A stretch of DNA of 64,000 bases from Lama glama. Lineage: Eukaryota. Positions 1 through 13,660 of this stretch are shown piece after piece. The position numbers and the translations under genes are program-made. The first letter of the stretch is position 1; every line of letters begins with the position of its first letter. Under the pieces are notes generated by a model that was not told where the DNA came from, searched no databases, and saw only the letters and a program-made list of their open reading frames with translations. The stretch lies in assembly GCA_028534125.1 (NCBI GenBank), contig CM052816.1, positions 56,918,001 to 56,982,000 of the forward strand, given 5' to 3'.

Positions 1-734
1 CTCAGTGACTATACATCGTGGAGTTCTTCCTTTTTTTAGAAATTTTAAGTATAATAATGAAATTTCTCTTGAAATTACATTAAGATCCATAGGAAAGTGC
101 CTGTGATTACCTTACTGAAAACTCATTTTAAAACAATAGTAAGTGTTTGAATAACAGATGTACTTAAAATCTATGCTTTGAGAGTTTGCATTTATTGAGT
201 TCATGTCTTGACAATCTATATTTGGGGAAAAATCAGTAATTCTTATTTCTTAACACTTGTTACAAAGATCAGGATCCAAAAATTATACGTTGACCTTAAG
301 TCCTAGTGATACTGAAGCAAAGGAAGTCAGTCCATAGTCTATACACTTTATTTTTCATAAAAACCTGTATTAAGTTGCTACCACTTGATATGAACAAAAA
401 CTGATTGATAAATGTATCTTAACCAAAGCTATGTAAAGCCTTTCGGTATCCAGGAATCACATGGGTGTTGCTGATGGACTTGGGTACTACATGAGTTCTG
501 TCTTTTCTTAAATTCATACCGAGAGCCACTTATAAACAGCATGTTTATAAATGAACCTCAGGTAAGAGGTTAAAGTTTTTACGTGAAAGTTTATTTTTGT
601 TGTTAGCCTGATTTTTTAAAAAATCCATTTGGCAATATTCAGGAATAGGAAAGAGGAGAAAAGTGGGTAACTAAAACTTGCTGGAACCTAGTAATGGAGG
701 TGAGGATGTGACTGTATTTCATTTGGTCTTTGCC

Positions 735-870
735 AGGATCCTGTGAGGTGTATCCCCATTTTACCAGCGAGACTGAGGCTCAGAGACATCATAACTTGTA
801 CAGATTCACACAGGTAATAAATGGCGAAGCTTGGATTCATACCCAGGTTTCCCTACCTCTCAACATTGCT
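735..870 (-). mobile_element. MIR SINE fragment
   Basis: ccccattttac...actgaggctcagaga resembles the reverse-strand MIR core; boundaries approximate. Confidence 0.6.
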
Positions 871-1081
871 TTCTGTTATATATAGGTGCTTATAAGAGCA
901 CTATTTGCATACTTGATTGAAAATGACTATTTTATGTACATTAAGTTGATATAACACTTTTAATCTTTTTCTTTCAGACTTTTTAATACCCAAATTCCAA
1001 GAATACACTGTGTACTGCTCTTTTAAAACCCAGAGGAAATCATGAAGAAATGTTTTAATTGTTGAAACTACAGTTGAAATC

Positions 1082-1370
1082 ATGGCTACATCAGCAAATC
1101 TGGATATTGGAGCCCAGCTGATAGTGGAAGAGTGTCCCAGCAGCTACAGTCTAACTGGCATGCCTGACATTAAAATAGAACATCAGCTGGACTCAAATGC
1201 AGAAGAAGGACCAGCTCAGGGTGTTGCCATGGGAATGAAGTTCATACTGCCTAACCGATTTGATATGAATGTTTGTTCTCGGTTTGTGAAGTCCTTAAAT
1301 GAAGAGGACAGTAAAAATATTCAAGATCAGGTTAACTCTGACCTGGAGGTGGCATCTGTTCTATTTAAAG
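1082..1370 (+). CDS. ANKRA2: ANKRA2 first coding exon (MATSANLDIG...VASVLFK); 5'UTR part starts at 978 after the ctttcag acceptor
   Basis: Translation matches the ANKRA2 N-terminus; donor AAAG|gttgaa. The eight exons sum to 942 nt = 313 aa + stop. Confidence 0.96.
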
Positions 1371-2013
1371 GTTGAAAGTTATGGTATAAATATCTGCATT
1401 TGTTTTGTTTCTGTTTATTTGGGGTTTTTTTTTCCCCTTTCGGATCATGAGATTTTGAGTTTGGGGAAGAGAGTTTGGAAGTCATCTTATAATATGATTT
1501 TCTAGAATCTCACAGAAACCAAAATGAAATAATTTCGTGTTATGTAATGTCCATAAGTACATTTTTTAAAAAATTTCTTTCTTGACCTTTGTTTGTTTAC
1601 AGATTCTCTAATAAAGTTCCCTATTGTACCTTTTAAAATTATAGGGAAAAAATTATTTGTGCCTTTTAGAAACAAATATTTTTAATATTCTCTATACCAC
1701 AAATACGTAATTGGCATTAGTTTCTTATGCTTTAACGCAGTGAAGTTTGTCATCATATTGTAGATTTACTTTTATAACAATCTATTGAATAACAAAACTA
1801 ATCTCTGGATAAAATTGCTCAAGATTAATACAGATTTTTTTCTGGAACTTTCACTAGTACAGACTTTTTATGCCAAAAAATAATATCACAGGAGAATCAG
1901 TTGAAGATATTATACATCATGTATTTCTTTTTTAATGTAAACATTGGCCTAGAACTTTGAAATGCTTTGTTGTTAAAATATTGTTTTAATGTGTTTAAAT
2001 TAATTTTACTTAG

Positions 2014-2172
2014 CTGAATGCAATATCCACACATCTCCTTCTCCGGGAATTCAAGTAAGGCATGTCTACACTCCCTCTACAACAAAGCACTTCTCACCCA
2101 TAAAACAGTCAACTACTTTAACCAACAAGCACAGAGGAAATGAGGTCTCGACCACACCTCTGTTAGCAAATT
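2014..2172 (+). CDS. ANKRA2: ANKRA2 coding exon 2 (AECNIHTSPSPGIQVRHVYTPSTTKHFSPIKQSTTLTNKHRGNEVSTTPLLAN)
   Basis: tag|CTG acceptor, TT|gtaagt donor, 159 nt, phase 1-1. Confidence 0.95.
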
Positions 2173-3540
2173 GTAAGTATTTCCCACTGATGTATTAAAA
2201 TAATCATATGACTAATGGTATCAAGAGTTTGGCTTTGAAACATTGTTTTCATTAAGTGCATATTCTATTTTGGAAACCTTAAGTAATGTCCTGATAGTTT
2301 TAGTAATTTAAAACTTTTTCACTTATTGCATATTCAAATATTTCATGTTTTATGTTTTTCTGTTGAGAACAAATACAGACTAAAATAGTAATTCTTAAAA
2401 CCTTCATAGTTTTACTATAAAAACAAGAGTTATTCTGAACTTTGTGTGAGGTAAGACATTGTGAGTGTTTCTGTGTTCTTGGAATGCATTTTACTTATAA
2501 ATTAGATCACTGATCAACAAGTGATCTGTAGTAAAAGCTGAGTAATGTCTACTGTAATTTTGAATCTGAATATAATATGCATATGAAACCACCTTTTAAA
2601 AACTTTGAATTCACAATTTTTTTAATGCAGAATTATTCTAGAAGAAATAAAATGAAGGTTTTTTATATAAGCTAGAAAATATTCTATATAGTATGGGTTT
2701 CTCAATTGAGAGAAAAAAAGTTAGCAATTTGATGCTGGGAACTATATTTGAGAATACAAGGTAAATGCATCTCTATTCTAAAGCATGGTGAAATATATGT
2801 CTTTATTTTGGAAACACTGTGCCCTCCTGATTTTAAATCGTATGTTATAGAAGTTAAGCCAGAAAGAGTTCATGACTCCGCCCAAAAGCCGTTTCTGTTT
2901 TATTTCCGTAAGTGTGCACGTGCGTCCCAGTTGCTTTCCTTTCTGGATTAAGGCCATGCAGTCATATCACCTGAAATCAAGGATCAAGTGATTGCTAATT
3001 TTTAAGGTGAACTGTCACAGAACAGTGCCTGTTCGGCTTTGTTTTAAAATGAAGAGATTGTCTTAAAATATTCCAACCATAGGATTTTTGAGCTAAAAAA
3101 AAAAACAAAACCCTAGAAATCCTGTGGTTCCACATCCCTCATGTTACAGGCAAAAATGTTTAACCAGTTTTCCAAGGTCACAAAAAGAAGAAAGGGTTTT
3201 TAAGACTCAACTTCCTTACACTTCCTTATAAGTTTGGATGACAATATAGTTTTAAAAATTAAGTACATAAACCATTTCTTGTTAATAATTGACCAAACAA
3301 TTTGCATAACCATTGATAATAGCACTTTGCAAATGTCCGAATTACCTTAAACATGTAAGAGTCAATTCTCAGATACAGAATGGCTGCTTGTAGTGTTAGG
3401 ATATATTTTGGGTTAGATTTTTTTAACAAGAAAATGATGGCTTGTGTTTTGAAAAGACATTTGCTGCACAAACATGAGCAATGAGGTGATGAAAGTGTAC
3501 CCTGCAGATACACATGAAGCTTTCTATGGTGTTGTTTCAG

Positions 3541-3606
3541 CTTTATCTGTTCACCAGCTGGCTGCTCAGGGAGAGATGCTGTACCTGGCTACTCGTATCG
3601 AACAAG
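3541..3606 (+). CDS. ANKRA2: ANKRA2 coding exon 3 (SLSVHQLAAQGEMLYLATRIEQ), start of the ankyrin repeats
   Basis: tttcag| acceptor, CAAG|gtac donor, 66 nt. Confidence 0.95.
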
Positions 3607-3899
3607 GTACTAGCCTATTTTAAAAATATTTGAAACAAATTTAATAGGTTTATTAGATTTTTATTATTTTATTTTTATACAAGAAAGTATAAAGACAAAA
3701 AAAAGTTGGATAATCTCACCAAGAAGATAACCCAATAGATACTTAAAAAAAATAGTAAGATAAAGTATAAAAGTTAATACAGCTTCCGTTAACACCCTAG
3801 CCTGTTCTCCAAAATCAAACATTGTAAGTTTCTTACATTTTCGGAAGACTTTTCTGGAAAATATTGCTATTTGTATTTGGGGTTATATGTGAGAATGTG

Positions 3900-4790
3900 T
3901 ATGTATGTTTTTATTTACACAAGAGCAAAAATATACACACTGCATTGCAGTTTACTTTTTTCATTTAAAATTTTAAGATCTTTCTGTACAGGCACATGAA
4001 GATCTATTTCATTCTTTTAATAGGTCTGTAATTTTGTGTTGTATTGCATATGCATACACTCTGTTATTTTTTAACTAGCCCCCTGGTGGTAATTGATTCC
4101 AGTTTGTTGCTATTAAATAAACGATATTGTTGGCATTCTTTTGAAGTATACCCACAGGGTAAATTCCTACAAGTGTATTTGCTGGGTCAAAAGGCATATG
4201 GATTTTTATTTTTATGCATATTGCCAGATGTCTGTCCTGTCCTCATACCAGTTAGAGTTTCTGTTTTCCCATTCCCTCACTGACACAATATCATCAGACT
4301 TTAATCTATGCCAATCTCATGGGTGGAAAATGGGATCTCATACTGGTTTTGTTTACCTTTTTAAAATTATGGTCTATTTGAATTTCCTTTTGTGTGAACT
4401 GCCTGTTGTATATTGATTTATTTGAACTCTTATCGAAGTTAAAGAAATTCACTTTTTATTGTTTATGTTGCATATATTTTTTCCCAGTTTGCCATTTTTC
4501 CTTTGACTTTATGATGTTTTCAAACAAAGGCTTAACATTTTTAAGTAGTAAATTTTTTTTTTCTCGGGACTTCTGAGTTTTATATCTTGCTTAGAAAAGA
4601 TTTCCTACTGCAAGGTTATAAATAAATTCACTCATACCTTATTCTAGAACTTCTGTGGTTTCCTTTTTTACATTTCAATCTTTGACCCACGTGGAATATG
4701 TTCTGGTGTAATGGGGTAAAGATCGAGCTTTACTTGTATTTTCATTTTTCAAATAGTTAGCCAATTGTCCAGATTTATTGATTGAATACA
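3900..4790 (-). mobile_element. Old L1 (L1ME-like) fragment in an ANKRA2 intron
   Basis: T-rich stretch with degenerate antisense L1 3' motifs (ttttcccagtttgcc..., tgagttttatatcttgcttagaaa); boundaries approximate. Confidence 0.5.
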
Positions 4791-5598
4791 GGACATACCA
4801 TCAGAGCGCTTTTTTTTTTTTGATCATGTCATTCTTTTATAAGAAAGACTGAACTTCATCATTATATTTCTATTTGTTTATAAGTACTTGAAAGTTCTAT
4901 TCTCCATCTACTAAATAAATTTAGGAAAAAACCTACGGACTTAATAACTAGTAGGCTAAATCTAGGGAACAAAATGGGTTTTGAGGTAGAATTGCATAGT
5001 ACTGCATCTCATATTATTCAATCTTCATTCACATTATACTATGTTATGTTAGCAAATCACCAAAAATGAAAGAAACTCAAAGGCAGAAATGTCAGCTAGA
5101 GAGTAGAAAATAGCTTTAATGAGATTTTGGACTTTGTATAATACATAGCTATGTAATGCCAAGGGCTATCATATAACCATATTTTTATTGTGGTCCTCCC
5201 AACTCTACATGGAGATAAGCAAAGCAGTATTCTGGATATTGGAGAAATTGAGTGACATGCCCAGAATCATCACTGCTAGGAAGTGAGAGAGTCAGGATTC
5301 AAACTCTGGTCTCCCGATTCTGAATCCAGTGTTCTCATACCTAGCATTATGTTGTGTCTGGTAGTTTACACTTTAAATAACATGCGATTTGAACTCAGCC
5401 ATGTACACTGAGGCACATTGTAATACATTCAGACTACAAATTGCAGCAGCACATAACAGGACTTCAGTGAACACAAGTCAACACAAAGCGAGCCTTACTG
5501 AGTAATATAGTCAACTTTTTAGAATGCCAGTATATTCATAGTAATATTAATATGCGGTTGTTAAATTAGATCACAAAAATTGCTTTTCTTTTAAATAG

Positions 5599-5696
5599 AA
5601 AATGTTATCAATCACACGGACGAAGAAGGATTTACTCCTCTGATGTGGGCTGCAGCACACGGGCAAATAGCTGTGGTAGAGTTTCTACTTCAGAAT
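5599..5696 (+). CDS. ANKRA2: ANKRA2 coding exon 4 (ENVINHTDEEGFTPLMWAAAHGQIAVVEFLLQN)
   Basis: Ankyrin GxTPLxxA motif; aatag| acceptor and |gtaagg donor. Confidence 0.95.
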
Positions 5697-6201
5697 GTAA
5701 GGAAAATGCCTCAGACAATGTCTATGTACATTAACTTAAGTCCAGTTAAGTATTTAGTAAAGTTGCTGTGTCTCCAGCCAGTTAGATTTAATGGGAGAGG
5801 ATCGAAAACATTTTAAGTGCTCTTCCTGTTCCTGTGGAATGTGGATCCAGTTGAGCAGGCAGTCTGGTCATACATGAAGCAGTGAGAGGGAACTGAATGC
5901 CCAGCCCCCTCTAAGTGCCATGGGGACAGGAGTACTGTCAGCCCTGTAGGAGAAGCTTCCTGGAGGAGATGCCATTTGACTCCAGAGTGACAGGAGTTAG
6001 GACTGAGGTAGAGGGAGGAAGGAAGGCATTCGGACAAACCTTGATGACAAAAGCATCCATGAGTAGAAGTTTGTGTTATTTCTTTATGAACCCCAGAACG
6101 CTACCTGACCTAGGTGTTGAACTGTAATTATTATTGACAGAAGTAACAGTATTCTTGTTTTCATAAACTGAAAAGTCTTTTATCTCCGTTTCCCATTCCA
6201 G

Positions 6202-6327
6202 GGTGCTGATCCCCAGCTGTTAGGGAAAGGTCGAGAAAGTGCACTGTCATTGGCCTGCAGTAAAGGCTACACAGATATTGTCAAAATGCTGCTTGATTGT
6301 GGAGTTGATGTAAATGAATATGATTGG
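6202..6327 (+). CDS. ANKRA2: ANKRA2 coding exon 5 ([42 protein letters not shown])
   Basis: ttccag| acceptor, |gtgagt donor, 126 nt. Confidence 0.95.
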
Positions 6328-6635
6328 GTGAGTCTGTAATGCTGTTTTTTAAATTACTGAAACAAACGCTAGGATTTATTTGGTTTGGGAAGACCGAATA
6401 CATTTTTTTAAACACGTGGAAGAATAATTAATTACTTTAGTTAATTGAACACTTAGAAGAGAATCTTAATGTCCTAAACTCAATTATTAGTTCTGATTTA
6501 AGTATTCTAAAAAAATATTAAAATTACCCTAAACTACTTTCACATGCCCAATTCTTAGTAAAGCTTCTCACAGCTGCATTAAATTATTTGAATCTTGCTC
6601 ACCTTGAAAAGCTAAATCACCTTTTCCTTTTGCAG

Positions 6636-6702
6636 AATGGAGGGACACCTTTGCTTTACGCTGTACATGGAAATCATGTGAAATGTGTAAAAATGCTCCT
6701 AG
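6636..6702 (+). CDS. ANKRA2: ANKRA2 coding exon 6 (NGGTPLLYAVHGNHVKCVKMLL)
   Basis: ttgcag| acceptor, AG|gtaagc donor; ankyrin repeat. Confidence 0.95.
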
Positions 6703-7210
6703 GTAAGCAGATAAAAGTGGAAATATTTAGAAAATGCCACATGAAGACTTTTTTTCCCCCACAAACTGGCCTCGGGAGCATCAGGAAGTATTATTAAATA
6801 CATGATTCCCCCTGGAGCGCCTGCTGCCCGAAGGCTGCCCGTGTAAGCAGCATCTGCATCACACAGCACGCTTGCAGCTGGAACATCTGTCCTTGTGGCC
6901 TTCCTTTTAGGGGTCACATGTGAATCCACAGCCGTTGTCTCTTCCGCAGTATCTTTATGCCTAAGCTTTGTCTGTAGTTTTTAGAAGTTCCAGTTACTCT
7001 AGAGGATACCTGTTTGTTTTGAAGTGTCTTCCCTCCAACCCACCAAAGTGAATTCTGTGCACTCCGTGTGTCCTGTACTTTGTCAGACCAGCCTGAAAAG
7101 ATCTTCCAAATTTGCTGAAAATCTGTCTCAGTTATTGCACATGAGCCAGTCAGAGACATATTCTCATTTTCATTTTATTTATGTAGATTTTTCTATTTTT
7201 TTTGTTATAG

Positions 7211-7291
7211 AAAATGGAGCTGACCCAACCATTGAAACGGACTCTGGATATAATTCTATGGATTTAGCTGTAGCCTTGGGCTATAGAAGTG
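7211..7291 (+). CDS. ANKRA2: ANKRA2 coding exon 7 (ENGADPTIETDSGYNSMDLAVALGYRS)
   Basis: ttatag| acceptor, G|gtaagt donor, 81 nt. Confidence 0.95.
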
Positions 7292-7873
7292 GTAAGTATT
7301 TTAGAACTCTCAGGTTTCATTTTAGTAAAGCTGTTAAATAATATAAACCAGTGGTCCAAACAGGTATCATCACCTACAATCCTAGAACATGCATGTTATC
7401 CTAACTCCTAACATATACTTTTAACCATGGGCAAAACCAACAAAGTCCTGCAAAGTCTAGAAATGAGTTTGTTACTTTACTTTTCACCAGCCCACATAGT
7501 TAGTTGCTGGAGGATAAGTGCACACCTGTTTACAAGATGTATTTAACATTTCATAGCAAACTGCTTATAAAATGCTCTATAGTTGACCTTTCTCTGTTCC
7601 ATAGAACAGCCTTGTACTCTAGACTCTCCTTCAGTTTCAAAACCTGGAAACCAAGAACAGAAAATCCAGTAGCTTGGACAGCTGCTAAAGTCAGTGACAG
7701 ATGAAGTTTTAAGTATTTAGGTATCGCACTGTAAACTTATCACCCTCAGACTATGTGTATATCCTAATTAGAGATTATTTTAGGAGAAAGTTGGGGATGG
7801 TAAGTTGAATCTGATAGTTTTTTAACAATTTTATAATCAACATGCCATGGTCTTGATCACCTGTCTGTTCTAG

Positions 7874-7929
7874 TTCAACAGGTTATTGAGTCACATTTAC
7901 TGAAACTGCTTCAGAACATCAAGGAGTAG
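7874..7929 (+). CDS. ANKRA2: ANKRA2 last coding exon (VQQVIESHLLKLLQNIKE*)
   Basis: ttctag| acceptor; TAG stop at 7927-7929. Confidence 0.95.
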
Positions 7930-8050
7930 ACATAGTCACCACGAAGTGGTGGCTGTCCTTCGGTTTACTTTCAGCCCTTACAAATGATAGTTTTGTTTAC
8001 TTATAAATTTTTACCTCAGTTGCAATATTTACTGATTTTTAGTAAGTTTT

Positions 8051-8378
8051 AATAAATATTCCTCTGAGTAATTCACTGGTTTTAATAAAATTAATGTTAA
8101 TGCTTTTTTTAATAAGTGTGTTTTACTGTATATTTAAAATGATAAATGAATGTTTCTTGGCATGTACATTTTTATGGTACAGATAGTTATCTGTCTTTGT
8201 ATCAAGTGCTGTAATTTAACATTTTCAGAAATTATTCTACGCTATTCATCTTCACTCTTACATTAACTCATTGACTTTATATAGGGTTTGCTATAAATCC
8301 ATAGGAAAAAGATTTGTTCTTATTGAATTTTAAATGCACAGTGTGATTGTTTACAAAATGATGTTATAAATGAATAAA
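8051..8378 (+). terminator. ANKRA2 3'UTR with candidate polyadenylation signals
   Basis: AATAAA at 8051, 8084 and 8373 in an AU-rich 3'UTR. Confidence 0.6.
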
Positions 8379-11300
8379 ATACTTTTTTCTGCTAGTTTGC
8401 ACGCTAGTTTTTTTTTTAATTACGTAAAATTATTAAGGGATTTCTTTAGGATTTTTAGTTTAACTCTATGTCCTGCCAGGACACTCCATTAGTTCAAACA
8501 ATATAATTAAAATAAATTCAGTGTCAGTCAACAAAATCTTATTGATTGTTATTTCTAGAAGTATACCGAGACTATCTTTCTCTTGTCAGTGGGTTTTCCA
8601 GTAGGAAAATTTCTCTGTGAAAGAGAAGTCAAGTCGTCAATAAAAGTCAGGTGCTCTTTAATTCCACTACAGGGGCACTATAAACAAACCCAAATCCTAT
8701 TTTAAAAAATTAAATGTATATTTGTATCATACTCCATATTGATAAACCAAGAGTAAAGACATATAGATATTATTTTTTAAAACAAGAATTATTAAACCAA
8801 GCTAATCTGTTCAAAGAGTCACCTTCATTATGTGAACTTTAATTCTTTTTCTTAAAAGCCTAGGACACAAAGCACTGGAGGAGGTGTGGTTTCTGTATTT
8901 TGGGGAAATTGAGAGAATATTTGATTCATTTAAGTGATTATTTATCTTTATAAACCAATCAGAACAATGCTCCTTTAATTTAAGGGATAGTATAATCTAG
9001 TTTTTTAATACCCTCCAGTGTTAGGAAACTATTTCTGTTACACAATGAGAGGTAAAGACCTTTCTCAATTATAGATGTGGGCATAAATATAACCTTTCCA
9101 CAGCATGTCCTTGGCCTTTCTGGGATACCACAATGATATTCTGACTATTCTGATGCATACACAACATGAAATACTGTTTCATCTATAGATTCTTTTATCT
9201 CACTAACAGCAGTAATATTAATAATTTTCATCATAGAAGAAGCATTTGAACAGACAGAAACACCTGGAAAGCTTATAGCTTTGTTAGCTACAAATCAGAA
9301 GTAAACCAGAAACACAAAACCTCAGTCATTTTTCTTCCTAGTGAGCATGTAATTGATCTTAATTGACGTGAGTTTGAAAACAAACAGATCAAAAGAAAAA
9401 AGAAAAAAATGAAAAGAAAAGGAAAGAAGACTACTAAATTGGATTCTCTGTCGTCTCCCACCCAGCAGAGAACAGGTCTTCATTACACATCCAACAGAGA
9501 TTACCGAATAGACTGTAAGAGCAAACCCCAATCATTGCTGCCAGCACTTGGGACTAACTTATTGAAGGTGCACTAACCAAAAGAAAGATGCATAGTATCA
9601 GTAGGAAAAAAAAAAGGAGTAGAGAGTCAGAAAAGTTAAAGTCCTGTTGCCACCCGGGGTTCACTTCAGAAGACAAGAAAATACGTGTGGGCAAGTTGGT
9701 TTAATTTGCCTCCACTGGGTTAACCCCCTCAAACATCTCAGTGGAGGACCTTCAAAACTGGTAAAACACAATTTTCAAAAGGTTACATGATGCTGTCATA
9801 CAAATAGAATGAACAAATGTGACAGATTTTATTCCACTTACTAACGAGGAAACCAGGAAGTTATGCAAACTGGCTCCAAGAGCATTTGAAAAGTTGGGCA
9901 TTTTTAGTAGCATTAGGATAAAAATGCTGGGTTATATACAAATCTGCTGTTGTCTGACAGGGACGGAAATTGTCACTTGCGGGACCTTTCCCCCAAGACA
10001 GAAATTGCTTGTTTCTCTAGAAGACAAATATCCAAATTAACATGCAACTTCACTAAGTCTGGGACCTTGAATAAATTAGTAAACAGTGAATCAAATTACA
10101 TCTCTAGGTGATCCTTGGGTGGCCTTCATCTCATATGACATTGAAAGGACATGTGGCCACGACCCTTTTTAGTACTTCAGTGAAAGCCAGTGTGGGGTTA
10201 AGGTAATCGCCCTCCTATCATCAGCTGAGAGGTAATCTAATATAAGCATCCTAGTGTTGGTGACAAAGTCTCTCACATCCCCTCCTGACTAGACGACAGC
10301 TCATTCCACGGTGAAAGAAGTTGTGAACTGGAGAGCTGAATGAAGAGGTTAGTCATTTCAATAGCCTCGAACTTTAAAAAAGAATATTGCCAGTAACTTG
10401 AAAAAGTACATGTTTTTAATGAAAATGTAATGGATGATGTTAACTAAACTATAGATTTTTAAAGTTTAAAAGCTTTGAATTTTCTCTAACATGCCAGTTA
10501 GCCTCCTGATTTTTAGGAAACAGTATGATTTCATTACCATTTCATGTCTCTTTATTCACACAGAAAGTTAAAACTTTGAATTCTTTTGTTAGAAGAAACT
10601 GGCTCTATATGCCTACACTTTCTATATTTACATGTTTCATATTCAATGATTCAATCATTGAATATTCATATTTCCAGTAGGGAGCACTGAGTGTTTCATA
10701 TCTGTTAGGTGATTTCCTGTGTGATAAGTGGTTACAAATCTGATAGTTTTAAAGTGAATAAAAATAGAATGAAAGGCAGGACAAACTCTGGCTGTTATAA
10801 AATCCTTTAAGTCTTCCTTCCCTTTATAATATTCAATTTTTTTTCTGTGACAGTGCTTCTCAGATTTACATACTTAGTAAGAACTTCAAAAATGTACCAC
10901 CTTACTCCTCTGTAGGAGGGACTACTTATAAAACTCAGAATGGTAACAGTAACTTTTCACATTTTTTGCTGTTTAGAAGTTTTTTACAATAGGATAGATT
11001 GGTTTTAAAATAACAGAAGATATGAAAAAGGACCATAACATGATACTTTTTTATGTGTGTGTTTAGATAGGAAATGCAATCATTAAGAAAAGGGGTACAA
11101 TCTACAGAGATTTGTGTAAATAATCTTGGATTAAAGTAAACTTGAAAAGTTTATATAGATTTTTGTATGGATTTTCCTCTTCAGACAGTAAAGTCTTTTC
11201 TGAGCTGTGTTGTAGGAGCTGGTGCACAGACACACAATCCACCTGCATTATTATCAGGTCAATGTCTGGAAGCAAGAAACTTTATTTCTGGTGACTTTAT

Positions 11301-13160
11301 ATTCCACGGAATTGAAATTACAATTGGATATGTAATTATTGCACTGAGAATAGACCACCCCAAACTCACTGTCTGCTGTGTTCTCCTCTCTATGAAATGG
11401 AGACCATTATATGATATGTTTCATGTGTTTTATTTTTTATTCGTAAGTTCAGTTAAATTGTTCTCCATTCAGACAAACTTCCTCGTGTGTGTTTATAAAC
11501 CTGGGAAGTATCTTAAATTTGTAGATGTGTCTGTTATTTTCCCTCTTCATATCCACTGAGGACAGTCAGGCTGATGTACATACCCCAGAATCAATTTATG
11601 GGAAGCGTCATAAATATCTTCTATGTGCTTAGCTGATTTTCTGTTCACCATCCTCTCTCCAAAAGATTAAACGTCTGAAACAAGAAATTTCCTCTAACAG
11701 TTATTCAATCCTTCGACACACATTTACGGAGCCCACACTCTGTGCTGATTTGGACCGGACCCTGGGGATGCAGTGGAGACCCACATAGACCTGGTGCCCT
11801 GCCCTGCCCCACCCTGCCCTGCAGATCTTACGCAGTGAATCTGCATACCCAGTGAGTGTGGCTTTGCTCAGAATTATCTCCCCTCATCCCATACATCCTG
11901 AAGACAAGTTAAAAATGTCATGTACTAACTGAGGTGTGTTCACGGCTCAGCAATGTCTGCTTTGGGTTTCTCAAATGCCACTTGTTTTGCTGTATCAAAA
12001 CATCCGCACTCCTATTGACACAACTAGAAACCTCCATGTCCTCGGGGCAACCAGAGGGCTGAGAAACTCAGAGCGGTGGAAGGAAGCTCCACTCCAACGG
12101 CACCTAGTTCTCTGTTGCCACAATAGAATCAACAGGAGAGGTTAAGAAAACACTGGGGACTTGCCCCTTGTCCTCCCACACCGGAAGTTCCGATTTACTA
12201 GCCGAGAATGCCATATAGAGATGTAAAATAGCTTTCTAGATGATTTGAATGTACAGTCAAGGTGGAGAACCACCGCTCTGGGGCGATTAGCTCCAGGCTG
12301 GTGGAACCAGTGTACTCCACACCACATCCTAATATCTGTCTCTCTCATTGCCACCTTGTCTACAAAAGAACCTTACGAAAGAACCTAGTTCATTCTTTCT
12401 CTCTGGCCTGTCGGTACTTGCTCTGATTCTTTTCCAAAGATAAACAAACATGTTCCCTTTTAAACCTAGGTGACAAAGAGTTTTGAAACTCAAATCTTAC
12501 CTTTTGTAATTCACCTGTCACTCCACGAGTTGTTAGCTGTGACTCAGCATTCTTCATTCATCTGTGTTTCTGAAAGGCAGAGCCCACATCTGATGTCACG
12601 TGATTGCTCACTTACTTTGCTTACCTTCTGGATTAAAGAGCTGCCCTGAACATTCAGGACAGCGATTCATACCAACAAACACCAAAGAGCTTATCGTGTT
12701 ATTCCCTCATTCTAGGATTTCCTTGTGGAGCGCAGGCACTGACTGAAGCACTGGACTCCAGAACTCATGTCTGCTCACAGGATTCACCCACGAGGCCAGG
12801 TAACCCCTCCTCCATGATGCATGTCTGTTATGAAAATGTCTCTCTCCTCTTACTTGGCCGTCCTGGTGTTTGCCCCGCTGCCAAGGAGACTGTCCACGAG
12901 ATTAAGTCAACTGCCTCAGCCTGTTTCAGTGAGCCCCTTCCTCAGAGGCCCCTCAGTGGCTTCAGGAACCGGTTGTCAGTCTTTATGGAAGAGCCCATCC
13001 CCCTAGCTGAGCCAGAGTTTGGCCTGACTGCCCTCGCCAGAGAATAAACCACTCTTTCTGTGCCATTTAAAGATAATGTTGCCTTGTCCATGTTGATGAG
13101 ATGTTGGAGGGCCCTCCCCAAGACAGCACTGTGTACTTGGTCAGCTTTCGCATAGCCTCC

Positions 13161-13660
13161 NNNNNNNNNNNNNNNNNNNNNNNNNNNNNNNNNNNNNNNN
13201 NNNNNNNNNNNNNNNNNNNNNNNNNNNNNNNNNNNNNNNNNNNNNNNNNNNNNNNNNNNNNNNNNNNNNNNNNNNNNNNNNNNNNNNNNNNNNNNNNNNN
13301 NNNNNNNNNNNNNNNNNNNNNNNNNNNNNNNNNNNNNNNNNNNNNNNNNNNNNNNNNNNNNNNNNNNNNNNNNNNNNNNNNNNNNNNNNNNNNNNNNNNN
13401 NNNNNNNNNNNNNNNNNNNNNNNNNNNNNNNNNNNNNNNNNNNNNNNNNNNNNNNNNNNNNNNNNNNNNNNNNNNNNNNNNNNNNNNNNNNNNNNNNNNN
13501 NNNNNNNNNNNNNNNNNNNNNNNNNNNNNNNNNNNNNNNNNNNNNNNNNNNNNNNNNNNNNNNNNNNNNNNNNNNNNNNNNNNNNNNNNNNNNNNNNNNN
13601 NNNNNNNNNNNNNNNNNNNNNNNNNNNNNNNNNNNNNNNNNNNNNNNNNNNNNNNNNNNN
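13161..13660. other. Assembly gap (500 N)
   Basis: Run of N. Confidence 1.

Noticed and set aside
6780..7100. GC-richer stretch in an ANKRA2 intron with a ctcttccgcag acceptor-like site
   Set aside because: No clear donor or frame; cannot be supported as an exon from sequence alone.
11167..11559. 130-aa ORF
   Set aside because: No recognisable domain on either strand and no convincing splice sites.
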